A model generated the notes under the pieces. It worked only from the letters and a program-made list of their open reading frames with translations, had not been told where the DNA came from and did no database searches. The position numbers and the translations under genes are program-made. A stretch of DNA of 40,702 bases from Octopus bimaculoides. Its lineage: Eukaryota. The DNA lies in NCBI RefSeq assembly GCF_001194135.2, contig NC_068984.1:8225278-8265979 (forward strand), given 5' to 3'. Below, in pieces: positions 11,774 through 22,660 of the stretch. The first letter of the stretch is position 1. Each line of letters opens with the position of its first letter.

Positions 11774-11943
11774 NNNNNNNNNNNNNNNNNNNNNNNNNNN
11801 NNNNNNNNNNNNNNNNNNNNNNNNNNNNNNNNNNNNNNNNNNNNNNNNNNNNNNNNNNNNNNNNNNNNNNNNNNNNNNNNNNNNNNNNNNNNNNNNNNNN
11901 NNNNNNNNNNNNNNNNNNNNNNNNNNNNNNNNNNNNNNNNNNN
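11774..11943. other. Assembly gap
   Basis: N run. Confidence 1.
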
Positions 11944-11948
11944 TATAT

Positions 11949-11995
<47 letters not shown>

Positions 11996-12009
11996 TTAGA
12001 TTGAAGGAC

Positions 12010-12425
12010 AGTTGGATCCCCAAGGGGAACATGTGAATAGAAATACACACCTAAAGAAACAAAGGCTGCGATTTAAGGACTGTGTCAAGTCCTCATTAAA
12101 TGCCTGTGATATGCAGGACACTGACTGGGAGAAGAATGCCTGTCATCGCCACAGATGGAGGAAGCAGGTTCGGGATGTGGGGCGATACTTTTGAGAGAGC
12201 ACGTATTCAGCATGAAGAATTTAAAAGTGCTGCTCGAAAGCGTACTGGTGGTGTAGTGAATGAGAAAAGCTTGGTTTGCAATGTTTGCAGTCGTCTGTGT
12301 TGGTCAAGAGCAGGGCTCATTAGCCACCATCAGAGCCGCAAATGCAAAATATAAGTTAGTCCTAGAGCACACAATGTTCCTGAAGGTAAGCAACGGTTTT
12401 CCTCGGTCACGAGTGGACGGCCATC
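12010..12425 (+). mobile_element. RTE-clade LINE 3' end (frameshifted ORF C-terminus with one C2H2-like finger, plus tail)
   Basis: KQRLRFKDCVKSSLNACDMQDTDWEKNACHRHRWRKQV, a frameshift, then TFERARIQHEEFKSAARKR...VCNVCSRLCWSRAGLISHHQS. Confidence 0.85.
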
Positions 12426-12860
12426 TTGTGTCTATGGGATAGTCGGGCAACTGACAGACATTATTTGGAATCAAACTGGCAGACAAGAACATCATTCCAG
12501 CCAGGACTGTCGAGCGTGAAGAATAAACCTCATGTAATATCATATTTCCTCCTTCGCACATACATAAAGCTTGGACTGATGAAACAGCTTGTAAAGACAC
12601 TAGGGAAGAGATATGGCAGAGGGTTTGAATATATTGTAGAAAAGTTTCTCCAAATCACACAGGCGAAGTTGAAAGAGAATATATTCGTCGGACACAAATT
12701 AGAAAAGTACTCAAAGATGTGAATTTGAAGACAACACTGGACCAACTGGAACTGTCTGCCGGGAACACTTTCAATTGGATCTGTGAGAATTTCTTGGGCA
12801 ACAAGAACGAAATGGGCTACGAGGATTGCATTAAAGATCTTCTGAAATGTTACACAGGGA
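12426..12860 (+). pseudogene. DDE transposase remnant, Chapaev-3/Transib-like (CMC)
   Basis: CLWDSRATDRHY...YIKLGLMKQLVKTL...FLQITQAKLKENIFVG, a frameshift, then QIRKVLKD...ICENFLGNK. Family assignment is from recalled motifs. Confidence 0.7.
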
Positions 12861-12884
12861 CACCGCAGAAAGTCCAAGTCGCAA

Positions 12885-13005
12885 TGTTTCTAAGGTCGAC
12901 TGTGCATTTCATCCTTCCAGATTCACTAAAATAGGTACCAGTTGGACACTGGGATCGATGTAATCCACTTGCACCTCCCCTAAAATTGCTGGCCTTGTGT
13001 CACGA
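12885..13005 (+). mobile_element. SINE family B, core and tail
   Basis: AAGGTCGACTGTGCATTTCATCCTTCC...GTACCAGTT...GGGATCGATGTAATC...AAATTGCTGGCCTTGTG. Confidence 0.8.
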
Positions 13006-13103
13006 TTTGAGTACGAAGCAGTTTGGCGCCAACATTAGAAACCAATATTTCATTTAGATACATTAAGTCTTTCTCTCTCTCTCTTTCACTGTCTTCTCTC
13101 ACT

Positions 13104-13146
<43 letters not shown>

Positions 13147-13196
13147 CATGTATATGTATATGTATGTATATGTATATATGTATATATATATATATA

Positions 13197-13531
13197 NNNN
13201 NNNNNNNNNNNNNNNNNNNNNNNNNNNNNNNNNNNNNNNNNNNNNNNNNNNNNNNNNNNNNNNNNNNNNNNNNNNNNNNNNNNNNNNNNNNNNNNNNNNN
13301 NNNNNNNNNNNNNNNNNNNNNNNNNNNNNNNNNNNNNNNNNNNNNNNNNNNNNNNNNNNNNNNNNNNNNNNNNNNNNNNNNNNNNNNNNNNNNNNNNNNN
13401 NNNNNNNNNNNNNNNNNNNNNNNNNNNNNNNNNNNNNNNNNNNNNNNNNNNNNNNNNNNNNNNNNNNNNNNNNNNNNNNNNNNNNNNNNNNNNNNNNNNN
13501 NNNNNNNNNNNNNNNNNNNNNNNNNNNNNNN
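13197..13531. other. Assembly gap
   Basis: N run flanked by (TA)n. Confidence 1.
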
Positions 13532-14227
13532 ATATATATATATATATATATACACACAGTCATATATATTGGTTTGTCGTAGCATAATTAGCAATGTGCG
13601 GAAACAGACTTCATTCCATCTTTATTTTCCATCTTTATATATTCATATATGTACATACGAAATGGTGTAGTCGATTTAACTCGGTGATTTTGCATAATGG
13701 AAGTAGCAAATCCTGATGTTCATTCAAATGTAAAATTAATGTTGTATGCAATAAGTTATTGAGAAATGAGTTGCTTTATGCGTATTGCTATGGCGAAAAT
13801 GTGTTTATAATGATATTACTAGTTTTTGAGCATATTACTGTGTTATATAAAACATACCCCACTCTCGTATATTACAAGCAGACAATTGAAATTCTATTTG
13901 ATTATAAAATTACTGTTTATTTATGATTAAATAACCTTTGAACTCAACACTAATGTCTTCTGATTATATCGCTATGTTGTTGTTGTCGTTGTTGTTGTTG
14001 CTGTAGTCGATGTTTTTGTATATTAAGCCACGTAAACCCGGATCGAAAAATAAATGCCTTCCCAGCATAACTACGTCGTCTTCATTCACCGACATAGTGG
14101 ATGCACGTTTAGTTACTGTATATATGTATAAATATGTCTATTTTCCACACACTTACGCACACACACAAACACACAGACATATATTTATATATATATATTT
14201 AGCAATACCTGCCCGTTTGTTTTCAGA

Positions 14228-14365
14228 AGTTCTGAGTTCAAATTCCGCCGAGATCGACTTTGCTTTTCATTCTTTCAGGGTCGATAAATTAAGTACCAGT
14301 TGCCTACTAGGATGGATGTAATCGACTGGGGCCCTCCCCAAACATTTTGGGCTTTTTGCATAGAG
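14228..14365 (+). mobile_element. SINE family B
   Basis: GTTCTGAGTTCAAATTCCGCCGAGATCGACTTTGCTTTTCATTCTTTCAGGGTCGATAAATTAAGTACCAGTT. Confidence 0.85.
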
Positions 14366-14398
14366 CACAAAAGTTTATATATATATATATATATATAT

Positions 14399-14482
14399 NN
14401 NNNNNNNNNNNNNNNNNNNNNNNNNNNNNNNNNNNNNNNNNNNNNNNNNNNNNNNNNNNNNNNNNNNNNNNNNNNNNNNNNN
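14399..14482. other. Assembly gap
   Basis: N run. Confidence 1.
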
Positions 14483-14690
14483 ATATATAAGTGTGTGTGT
14501 ATACCCACATCTAAGTAAGTATGGAAATGAAGCTCAAAATTCCCAGCAGCTTTTTCGACAACATTTTTATTGATGCATTTATAGATGCCATCATGGGAAA
14601 GAATCCACCATCTACGGTTGGAAATTTTAAGCTCCATTTGTGTTCTTTTATACATATGCTACACTTAGAACCACTGCCGTGATCTCCAAA

Positions 14691-15346
14691 GATATTGGAT
14701 ACAAAGCGGGGAGGGATACGTTTGCTAAATCTTTACTGTCCCCCAGCCATGGTTATAAGACGGGAAAATGGTGTCTAAATTATCAGAAGTGGTGATTGGA
14801 TCAAGGGAACAATCTGATTCACCCTTTTTCCACTTCGAGGTGGCTTTATGGTTTGAAACGGCGGCCCAAAGTAGCGTAGCATTCAACTCTGTTTTGTCTT
14901 GCTCCTATTTTGATGATTTGGGCAACTGTATCGCAGAATTGTCATGACTCTCAAAAATGTTAACCCCAAAGTTCATCTAAGTATTTTGACTAATCAGGAT
15001 TATCTCTTGCTACAAAAACTATTCTCTGATGGTAACACAATCTTCCAGACGACAAGGAGCAGATTCACTTGACTGATGTTATTCAAAACTTGTAGGAAGA
15101 GCTCTAAAGGGAAGTAATTCATTTGCCTCCCAATCTAATCATCGGATCTCAATACGATCGAGCAACTATGATTATTTATAGAGCAGCGAGTGAGGAACCC
15201 CTTGTGTCTGCCATCGTCGCTGAAAGCAGGTGTTTCTTGAAGAATGGCTTAAAATACCCCTAACAGCCATTCACAAACTGTACCAGTCAATTCCTACCCG
15301 TCTTAAAGTTGTTCCTGATGTTAAGGTTTGACCGTCTCTGTATTAA
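14691..15346 (+). pseudogene. Tc1-family transposase remnant (DDE region to stop codon)
   Basis: Frameshifted motifs in the expected order: GYKAGR...KSLLS...KWC, RGGFMV*, DGNTIFQ(D), SDLNTIEQL, and EEWLKIPLTAIHKLYQSIPTRLKVV...PSLY*. Confidence 0.8.
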
Positions 15347-17024
15347 TTAATAAGAATTTTATATAAAAATGCGGTTTCCATTATTTTGTCCAGCTCCTGT
15401 ATAATATTATACACATATTATACAGCCCATGTGTTTGACGCATATAAAATATGTGTAATTTTCCATAGTAATCTTTTGTCTGCATGCGTGAAACTTGAAT
15501 TCCTCTTTCACCAAATATTTTGTGGAAATGAAATCCAAACTCACTCTTAATAAATTTCTGCGAATAATCGGTAAACTCCAGACATTCAAAGACTTTGGAA
15601 AGTGTTAAGCATTGAATAAATGTTCTTAGTAAATTCCACCACCATCAACCGTTAAAGTAGCAAAGATAAGAAAATATTTAATCAATATTCCTGTTCGGAA
15701 AATGACTTAATTTGCATAATCAGATAGGAAAGAGATATTTAGACTTTTAGATTAAATCCACGTCTCTAAGCTTAAAGATCTCAGATTTACAAATTGTTAA
15801 ATAATGTGTTTGTTGTGTATGATCTAGAATCCAATTACCATCGACATTTTCTATTTCCAGGATGTGTTATCACTTGCTATCTATAAAAGGAATATACCCA
15901 CTTCCATTTTAGTAATTGATATCAGTTTCTGTGTAAAAAGGTCTCGTCGGTACAATTTATGAGTTTTGATAATTTATATTTAAAATTTCGATAAATTTTT
16001 ATTTGTGGATTTATGAAAAGAAATTTGTTTGTTTGTTACCACTGTGTTGTAACAATTAATAATAATAGCAACCATGACGGTTGAGAATTGAAAACGTATA
16101 CGAACGATGTAATCATTTTGATACTTTCAAAAGGCGGTTGACTCCATCAGAAATATATATATAAAATATGTATAAAAATAATATTCCCAGTCTATTCGAG
16201 GTTAGTCTCTACTAGGGAATACACGAATTTATGTCGACAACAGCTTTAAAGTGTGATTAAAAGACAATGATTTGCCCTGGGGTAGCTTAGTGAGAGAGAA
16301 ACGAAACATCATTTACGAATATAAAAATAGATCTACTATATATTCCCTACTTTTAGGTCACTTTAAATGAAACCCTTGATTCAATAACACTGGAAGGAAC
16401 CATTTGTAATTTTCGAAACATATGTCGGAAATAAAAGAATTCATTTAACATATGCGTATTACTCCATTTATTAAATTTTACATATAAAAAGTGTGTGCCA
16501 CAATGATCTGATCTGATGTGAACTCGACTTATGTGGGGAGGTACGGTACGGCAGCTAGGCTTTAGGTAGCTCCTAAACTTGATACTAATATCGTTTGTAT
16601 AATATTTGTAGATTATTTTCCACATTCTACAAATATATATAGAATTCACAGCGATGTTGGAGAGAATGGAATTTCAGTGTTTAGAGGGAGGTTCAATAAT
16701 CAAGGTCTGGCATGTGAATTATTTGCTGGTGATTGATCTCTACGGAACTTCTATCCTCCTTATATATTCGTTTATGTACGGGGACTACAATGGGTAGCCA
16801 TATTCGAGAAAAACAAACTCACGTAGCCACAGCTAAACACGCACAGACACATATACATGTCACTATCATCACTGTATCGACCGGGCTATCAGAGGTAGCT
16901 ATAAACATACTACTGTTCACATGTTTTTCCCCACATTGATGTAGCAACCGAATGCTGCAATCCAGGTGACTAGGCGGGTAGGCCAACACGACCAGTGATC
17001 GAAACGTCAGTCCATCGCAGACTG

Positions 17025-17148
17025 GCCAGGAGCAGAATAAAATGATGTGTTTTTCTCAAGAAAACAACGTACCACCGGTCTAGGAATCGAAATCTTGTTC
17101 TTGTGAAGGTGAGTGCAACACATTAACCACTAGGCCGTGAGCCTTCAC
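17025..17148 (-). mobile_element. SINE family C, head
   Basis: Reverse complement reads GAAGGCTCACGGCCTAGTGGTTAATGTGTTGCACTC...TTTCGATTCCTAGACCGG. Confidence 0.65.
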
Positions 17149-17149
17149 A

Positions 17150-17298
17150 TCTATATGTGTATATATGTAATAACGAGATATACAAGTACGTTATGTATAT
17201 ATATACACACATATATTTGTGTATGTGTTTGTGTGTGTGTGAGAGAGGCAGAGAGAGAGCGAGAGAAAGAGAGAGAGCGAGAGAAAGAGAGAGAGAGC

Positions 17299-17339
<41 letters not shown>

Positions 17340-17360
17340 TGTGTGTGTGTGTGTGTGTTT
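17150..17360. repeat. Compound (TA)/(TG)/(GA)n microsatellite
   Basis: Read directly from the sequence. Confidence 0.9.
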
Positions 17361-17796
17361 GTGTCTATGCATATGTATATATGTGTATTTTGACTACGAT
17401 AATATATTTGTCATGACGTCAATACACACAAGCGCACACACGCATATATATATCACTACAAATACACGCTAAACCGTACATTTTCATCTCATAGCTAAAT
17501 ATGTATATGTCAATATATATGAATATATATATATATATATATATATGAATGTGTGTGGACATATACACGTTTGCACACGAACAATCCACACGGACCCTCT
17601 CTCTCACACACAGACACATGTACATACACACACACAAAACACATACCTACTTATAAGAAGTAGAGAGAAAACGATTGATAGCGCTATATTCGTTATCGAT
17701 CTATTTATTATATACCGGATACATATAAATACGAGAGAAGTAAGACTCTTTGAGTATCCTTGAAAATGAAAGATTTATCTTAATAAATGTTGACCG

Positions 17797-17810
17797 TCGC
17801 TAGAGGGCGC
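17797..17810 (+). promoter_or_regulatory. CTCF-like motif
   Basis: TCGCTAGAGGGCGC matches 13 of 14 positions of CCRSYAGRKGGCRS, in AT-rich non-repeat DNA. Confidence 0.4.
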
Positions 17811-18286
17811 TTTTGATATTTCGGTATTTCACCGGTTACAGAAAACTGTCCACTGTTTTCGTATACAGTAGAATATAACAATACCGCTCAGGTACTTATA
17901 ACACCTTTCATGTGCTCGTAATATAATGAAGCGACCAAAAGCTAATACAGGGAAAGAAGAGTTTTCCGTGTAGGAAGTTAATGCGGTCCACTGATGTGTA
18001 ACTTTAACAATTTGCTACTGATATTAACTGCCTCAAACATTTTTCCCTTCTGTTTCACATCAATAACATATTAGAGGTAGAGAAACTACTTTACGAACTT
18101 AATCTCACTTCTACACCTATTAAAATCGCTTTCACGTTGCAAAATATGCAAAGTCACCATCATATCTTAGATTTGGCGTAGTTCATATCCAGATAAATTG
18201 CTTCGATTTGTTTTCAGACATTTATTTGTCTAAGCATGTGATTTGATCTGAGACAACGTTCTGATACTAAAACAATTAGAGAGTGA

Positions 18287-18326
<40 letters not shown>

Positions 18327-18334
18327 TATATGAT

Positions 18335-18602
18335 GTTGTGTCTGGGGAGATTCATTCTCGTTTGATGTCTTATAATTTAACAGACTCATTGGTAAAATTT
18401 CCACTTATATCTTTTTTACTTTTTTTTTCTAAAATTTTCGTTGCGTCTTGCAACATTTTCGATAGTTTTGAAAAGGTTACAAGACGCAATAAAAATTTTA
18501 GAAAAATAAAAAAAAAATTAAAATAGAAATAAGTGGAAATTTTACCGGTGAGTGTGTTAAATTATAAGGCACCACAAGAGAATGACTCTTCCCAGACACA
18601 AC
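18335..18602. repeat. Foldback / palindromic element (~120-bp arms)
   Basis: 18335-18454 (GTTGTGTCTGGG...GCGTCTTGCAAC) is the reverse complement of 18476-18602, with a spacer of about 21 nt. Confidence 0.9.
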
Positions 18603-18689
18603 AGAATATGCTTCAACACACGAACTCACATAAAGAATCTTGCAAACCAAATCGAAAAACGAAATATATATATATATACATATATATAT

Positions 18690-19310
18690 CCGAGGTCTGA
18701 TCAATAAATATCCGGCCTTGTACCATAGTAACCAATCTAAAACATGCAGAGTGAAGCTGCTGGGCAGAAATTTGACCTTAATCTCTGTTGTACATACACA
18801 CAAAGTTTTAACGTTCTGCCTCAATTCCGCTGTTTACTGCAGTTCCTGGAATTAAGGTGTGTAGCGTTTGATCGTCGTATTGACCATGACAAAGAAAGTT
18901 GTCGTGGCGATAACTGCTCAGAAGCCTAAGCTAAGTTGTAGAAAGTGTATGGAGAGAAGTGTATGAGCCGCACATTAGTGTACGAATGGTTCAGACATTT
19001 CCAAGATGGCCGAAAAATGTTGATATTGAAGAATGTTCTGGAAGACCCGCACCCAGTAGAATTGAGGAAAACATCGCAGATGTGTGTGAAGCTGTGAGTT
19101 GAAATCACAATCCGTGAGTTGTCAGAGGATGTGCAGATTAGTTACGGTTCAGTTCAGTCCATTATCACTAAAGATTTTAGTATGAGATGCGTGTCTGCCA
19201 AGTTTGTGCCAAAACTCCTTTCAACTGACCCAAAAGACACTGGTGAAATGTTGCACAAGACCTTCGTGATGGTGTTGAGAACGATGAAAACGTTTTGAAA
19301 GCTTTGCATG
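18690..19310 (+). mobile_element. Mariner remnant: left TIR and N-terminal transposase
   Basis: CGAGGTCTGATCAATAAATATCCGG follows a (TA)n tract. Peptides are KVYGEKCMSRTLVYEWFRHFQDGRKNVD...SGRP and TIRELSEDVQISYGSVQSII...MRCVSAKFVPKLL. Confidence 0.88.
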
Positions 19311-19346
19311 GGCCTTTGAGTAGGTATCACCAATCATTTTGCAAAG

Positions 19347-19488
19347 ATTTTGGGGCGAATGCTACTGTGTTTAGCCCCGCTGTTCGAAAATATTAGGACA
19401 CATCTCGTGTGTCGTATAGCCAGCTGGGGATGATGTCTCCTGGTGCTAAATACAGTAGCATTCGCCCCAAAATGGGACTGCCACATTA
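19347..19488. mobile_element. Short foldback element related to the 26617-26978 element
   Basis: 29-bp inverted repeat (19347-19375 / 19445-19473, 1 mismatch). The right end resembles 26907-26950. Confidence 0.7.
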
Positions 19489-19509
19489 GGTTAGCAAAAA
19501 ATAGTTACT

Positions 19510-20636
19510 TCGCCCTTCACCGCTTGACAACCGGGTTCGGTTTGTTTGCGTCCTCGTATCTTAACGGTTATGTTAAGGGAACTAATAGAATTAGTATCAG
19601 GCTTAATGGATAAGTACCAGGCTCTACTTTTCCCACTAAACTATTCAATTCACTGCTCCGCCATGGCCGCAGAGCAATGATTGAAACAAATAAATGGTAA
19701 AATATACAGGAAACACCACGCAGTGGGATCGAACATGAAGTCACGAGATTCCGAAGTAAACATTTTGATCATGCAGTCCGAAAACAAAATGGAAGCTGAA
19801 TACGTGCAACATCTGCACAGTGGTGTATTTTGTAAGAGTTATCAACAACGTCGTTAATGCGCAGAATCAAGAATGAGGAAGATTGCAAATCGTCCTGAAG
19901 CACATTGGAGTTGATAGTATGAGTGTTGATGTTTGCTGGATTGAAATGGGTTGACAGGAAATTTCAAGTCCCGCAGATAATAGCAAAGTAGAGGCCGTTG
20001 ATTAGGAAAACAAATATGGTTTCTTGCGAGATACTCAGCTGAAGGCTCTGCTGATGCCGACTTGTACATTCCTTCAAAACATAGCTTGTAAATGTTGATG
20101 ATTATTACAGCCAGATGTAAGAAATCATAATTCTGTTTACTTCCTGTGTACGGAAACTACCGAAAAAAAAAAAGAAAAACGAGAGCAAACTGATAAAGGC
20201 TGTGTACATGTTTATGACTCTCACCGCCATCTTGTATTACGTATAATTACGGACAAAAGAACGAAATATTAAGATTTCTCTGAAAATAATAGTTACTTCC
20301 CGAAAATGTTAGTCCATAGCTCTTGCAAAATACACTACAGTACAGATGTTATACGTATTCAGCTTCCATTTTTCTTTGGACTGCAAGATCAAAATGGTTA
20401 CTTCGGGATCTCATGACTTCATGTTCGATCCCACTGCGTGGTGTATATTGTATCTTTTATATTCTACTTTTTACTGCAGCCATGGTGAAGCAGCGAGTTG
20501 AAGAGTTTAGTGGGAAAAATAGAGCCTAGTACTTATCCTTTAAGACTGCTACTAATTCTATTAGTTTCCTTAACCGAACCGTTAAGATACGAGGACGTAA
20601 ACAAACCAAACCCGGTTGTCAAGCAGTGATGGGTGA
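19510..20636. repeat. Inverted duplication (arms 19510-19842 and 20316-20636)
   Basis: The arms align as reverse complements across two SINE-A pieces and the adjoining unique sequence. Confidence 0.85.
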
Positions 20637-20689
20637 CAAACATACCAAAAGACACGCGCGCACGCATACATTTTTTTGCATGCTTCATG

Positions 20690-21050
20690 CTGGGGCACCG
20701 CCTTGAAGAATTTTCAGTCAAGTGGATCGATACTAATAATTTTTTAAGCTTTGTACATATTCTATCGGTTTCTTTTGCCGAAACACTACCTTTCGGGGAC
20801 GTGAACACACCAACACCGGTTGTCAAGCGGTTTGGGTGGAGGAACACAAAGATATGAAGTGTATGTGTGTGTGTGTGTGTGTGTGTGTATACTCCATGCT
20901 TCGGTCAGTTTCCGTTTACTAATTATACTCACAAGGCTGTGGAAGTCCCATGGCTATAGTAGAAATCACCTGCCCATAGTGATATGCAGGGGGACTGAAC
21001 CCGGAATCATATAGTTCGGAAGCAAGCTTCTTACAATACTAAGCCAGTCA
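20690..21050 (-). mobile_element. SINE family A, near full length
   Basis: Contains CATGCTGGGGCACCGCC, CCGGTTGTCAAGCG, an internal (TG)n, and GGGACTGAACCCGGAATCAT (reverse complement of the B-box). Confidence 0.85.
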
Positions 21051-21724
21051 TTCATATCCTGATTAAGGTTATTTTAACTAGAAAACTCGTCATCGCAATA
21101 ACGGAAGATATTAATTCTGTTGATTACAACTGTTAGTTTTCTGTTCTAACTAGTTTTGGTTAATGTTGTTATCGTTGTTTAAAACATCAATTATTGTTGT
21201 AACTGGTGCAGTTTACAAGCTCATATTGTATGGCTGAATCAATGTATATCTCTCTCTCGAGTAAACGTCTAAAGCTTGTTTATTTATAATTGATTACAGT
21301 ATAGTGTGTATGTTTTTTTATAGATAATCAGATAAATTGTCAGGTATTTCAAATGAGATAACATAATGGTTTTGTATGAATTGTTTAAAATACATTTAAT
21401 TAATAGTTTTCACTAGCTGAAAGAAGAGTTAATTAAATCAAACATCAATTGGGGAAAGAAAAAAGTAGGCTATTCTGGGGAACAATACACATACTAGATA
21501 TCTATATGGAAAATATTCTTTATGATACTTCATTTCATTTGATTGCAATGTCATATCGTTGCATTCCAACTTTTTGATTCTGAGACAATCCTTTGACATC
21601 TGTATTCTAGTCAGCAAACAGTTAGGGTTGTGCTTCGATAAAATCGTTAATGGACTTAGGGAGATATAAATATGATATAGTTTGCTGTCATTTAAAAACA
21701 TTCAACATTCCAAATCAACATCGA

Positions 21725-21785
21725 ATTTCTTCGAGGTCGACTCTATTTTTCATTCTTTCGGTACACATAAAATAAGCACCAGCTG
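21725..21785 (+). mobile_element. SINE family B fragment
   Basis: CGAGGTCGACTCTATTTTTCATTCTTTCGG...AAATAAGCACCAG. Confidence 0.6.
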
Positions 21786-21810
21786 TTCGCAGCATTCGGT
21801 TTTGCGGGCT

Positions 21811-21858
21811 CTGTCGCTGAAGAGAAGATAACTACTCCGAAATGCATGCATCCTACAG
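21811..21858 (+). ncRNA. Degenerate type I hammerhead-ribozyme-like motif
   Basis: CUGUCG-CUGAAGA-GAAG-AUAACUA-CUCC-GAAA-UGCAUGCA-UC-CUACAG: canonical core, palindromic stem III, and one mismatch each in stems I and II. Confidence 0.55.
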
Positions 21859-22469
21859 TGTGATTAGCGCTATGAGAACATACTTGGTGTATTTACACCC
21901 TATTTGTCGAAAGCTAAAGATTTTCTACATGACAAAATAGACTGAACGGCTTCCCTGCGGGTTCGAATGTGCATCAACCATATTTTAACAGGTTACAAGA
22001 TTGTAAGATTGTATCTATATACGTCACTGTTTAGTGCTGTCACTCCATATATATGCATGTGTGTGTGTGTGTGTGTGTGTGTGTCTGTGAGTGTGTGTGC
22101 ATCTGTGCGTATGAGTGTGGGTGCGTGCGTATACATATATGTATATATGAATAAATGTATATATAATATAATTAATATATATATGCATATACACACACGC
22201 ACACACACACACATATATATGCATATATGTGTGCAGGACGTCAATACACAGCCGACAACTCATGAAGGGTCGCTTTTTATGTTACTTGTCCTGTTTCCAA
22301 TTTGTTTCTCTCGTTATTTGCGTATTGGACTCACTTGTTTTCGTATTTCATGTCGTTTACTTTTGGTAACGTCCTCTGCCCATATTTGCGTGTGTGTGTG
22401 TATGTGTGTGTGGGGGTGGGGGTGCGCGCGTGTGTGTGTGTTTTATATGTGTATATTTATGTCCGTGTA

Positions 22470-22660
22470 TGCCAACTATTTCTCACCACTTGAAAACCAG
22501 TGTTGGTTCGTTTATGTCCATGTAACTTAGCCTATCAGCAAAAGAGACCGATTGAATACGTACCTGACTCTTAACAAAATTTACTGGATTCGATTTGTTC
22601 GATTACATTACTTGAAAGTTAGGCTGCAATCCAATGACTGGGGCACGTAAAAGATAAAAG
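22470..22660 (+). mobile_element. SINE family A, 3' half
   Basis: CACTTGAAAACCAGTGTTGG...GTAACTTAGC...CAAAAGAGACCGAT...CAATGACTG. Confidence 0.7.

Noticed and set aside
16985-17025. GAAACGTC-AGTC resembling a hammerhead 3' half
   Set aside because: No CUGANGA upstream; it lies at the edge of a SINE-C body.
22225-22385. CTCATGAAGGG core-like motif and a degenerate ~20-bp terminal IR
   Set aside because: The core is mutated, no GAAA half is nearby and the IR is weak; probably a decayed repeat that cannot be defined here.
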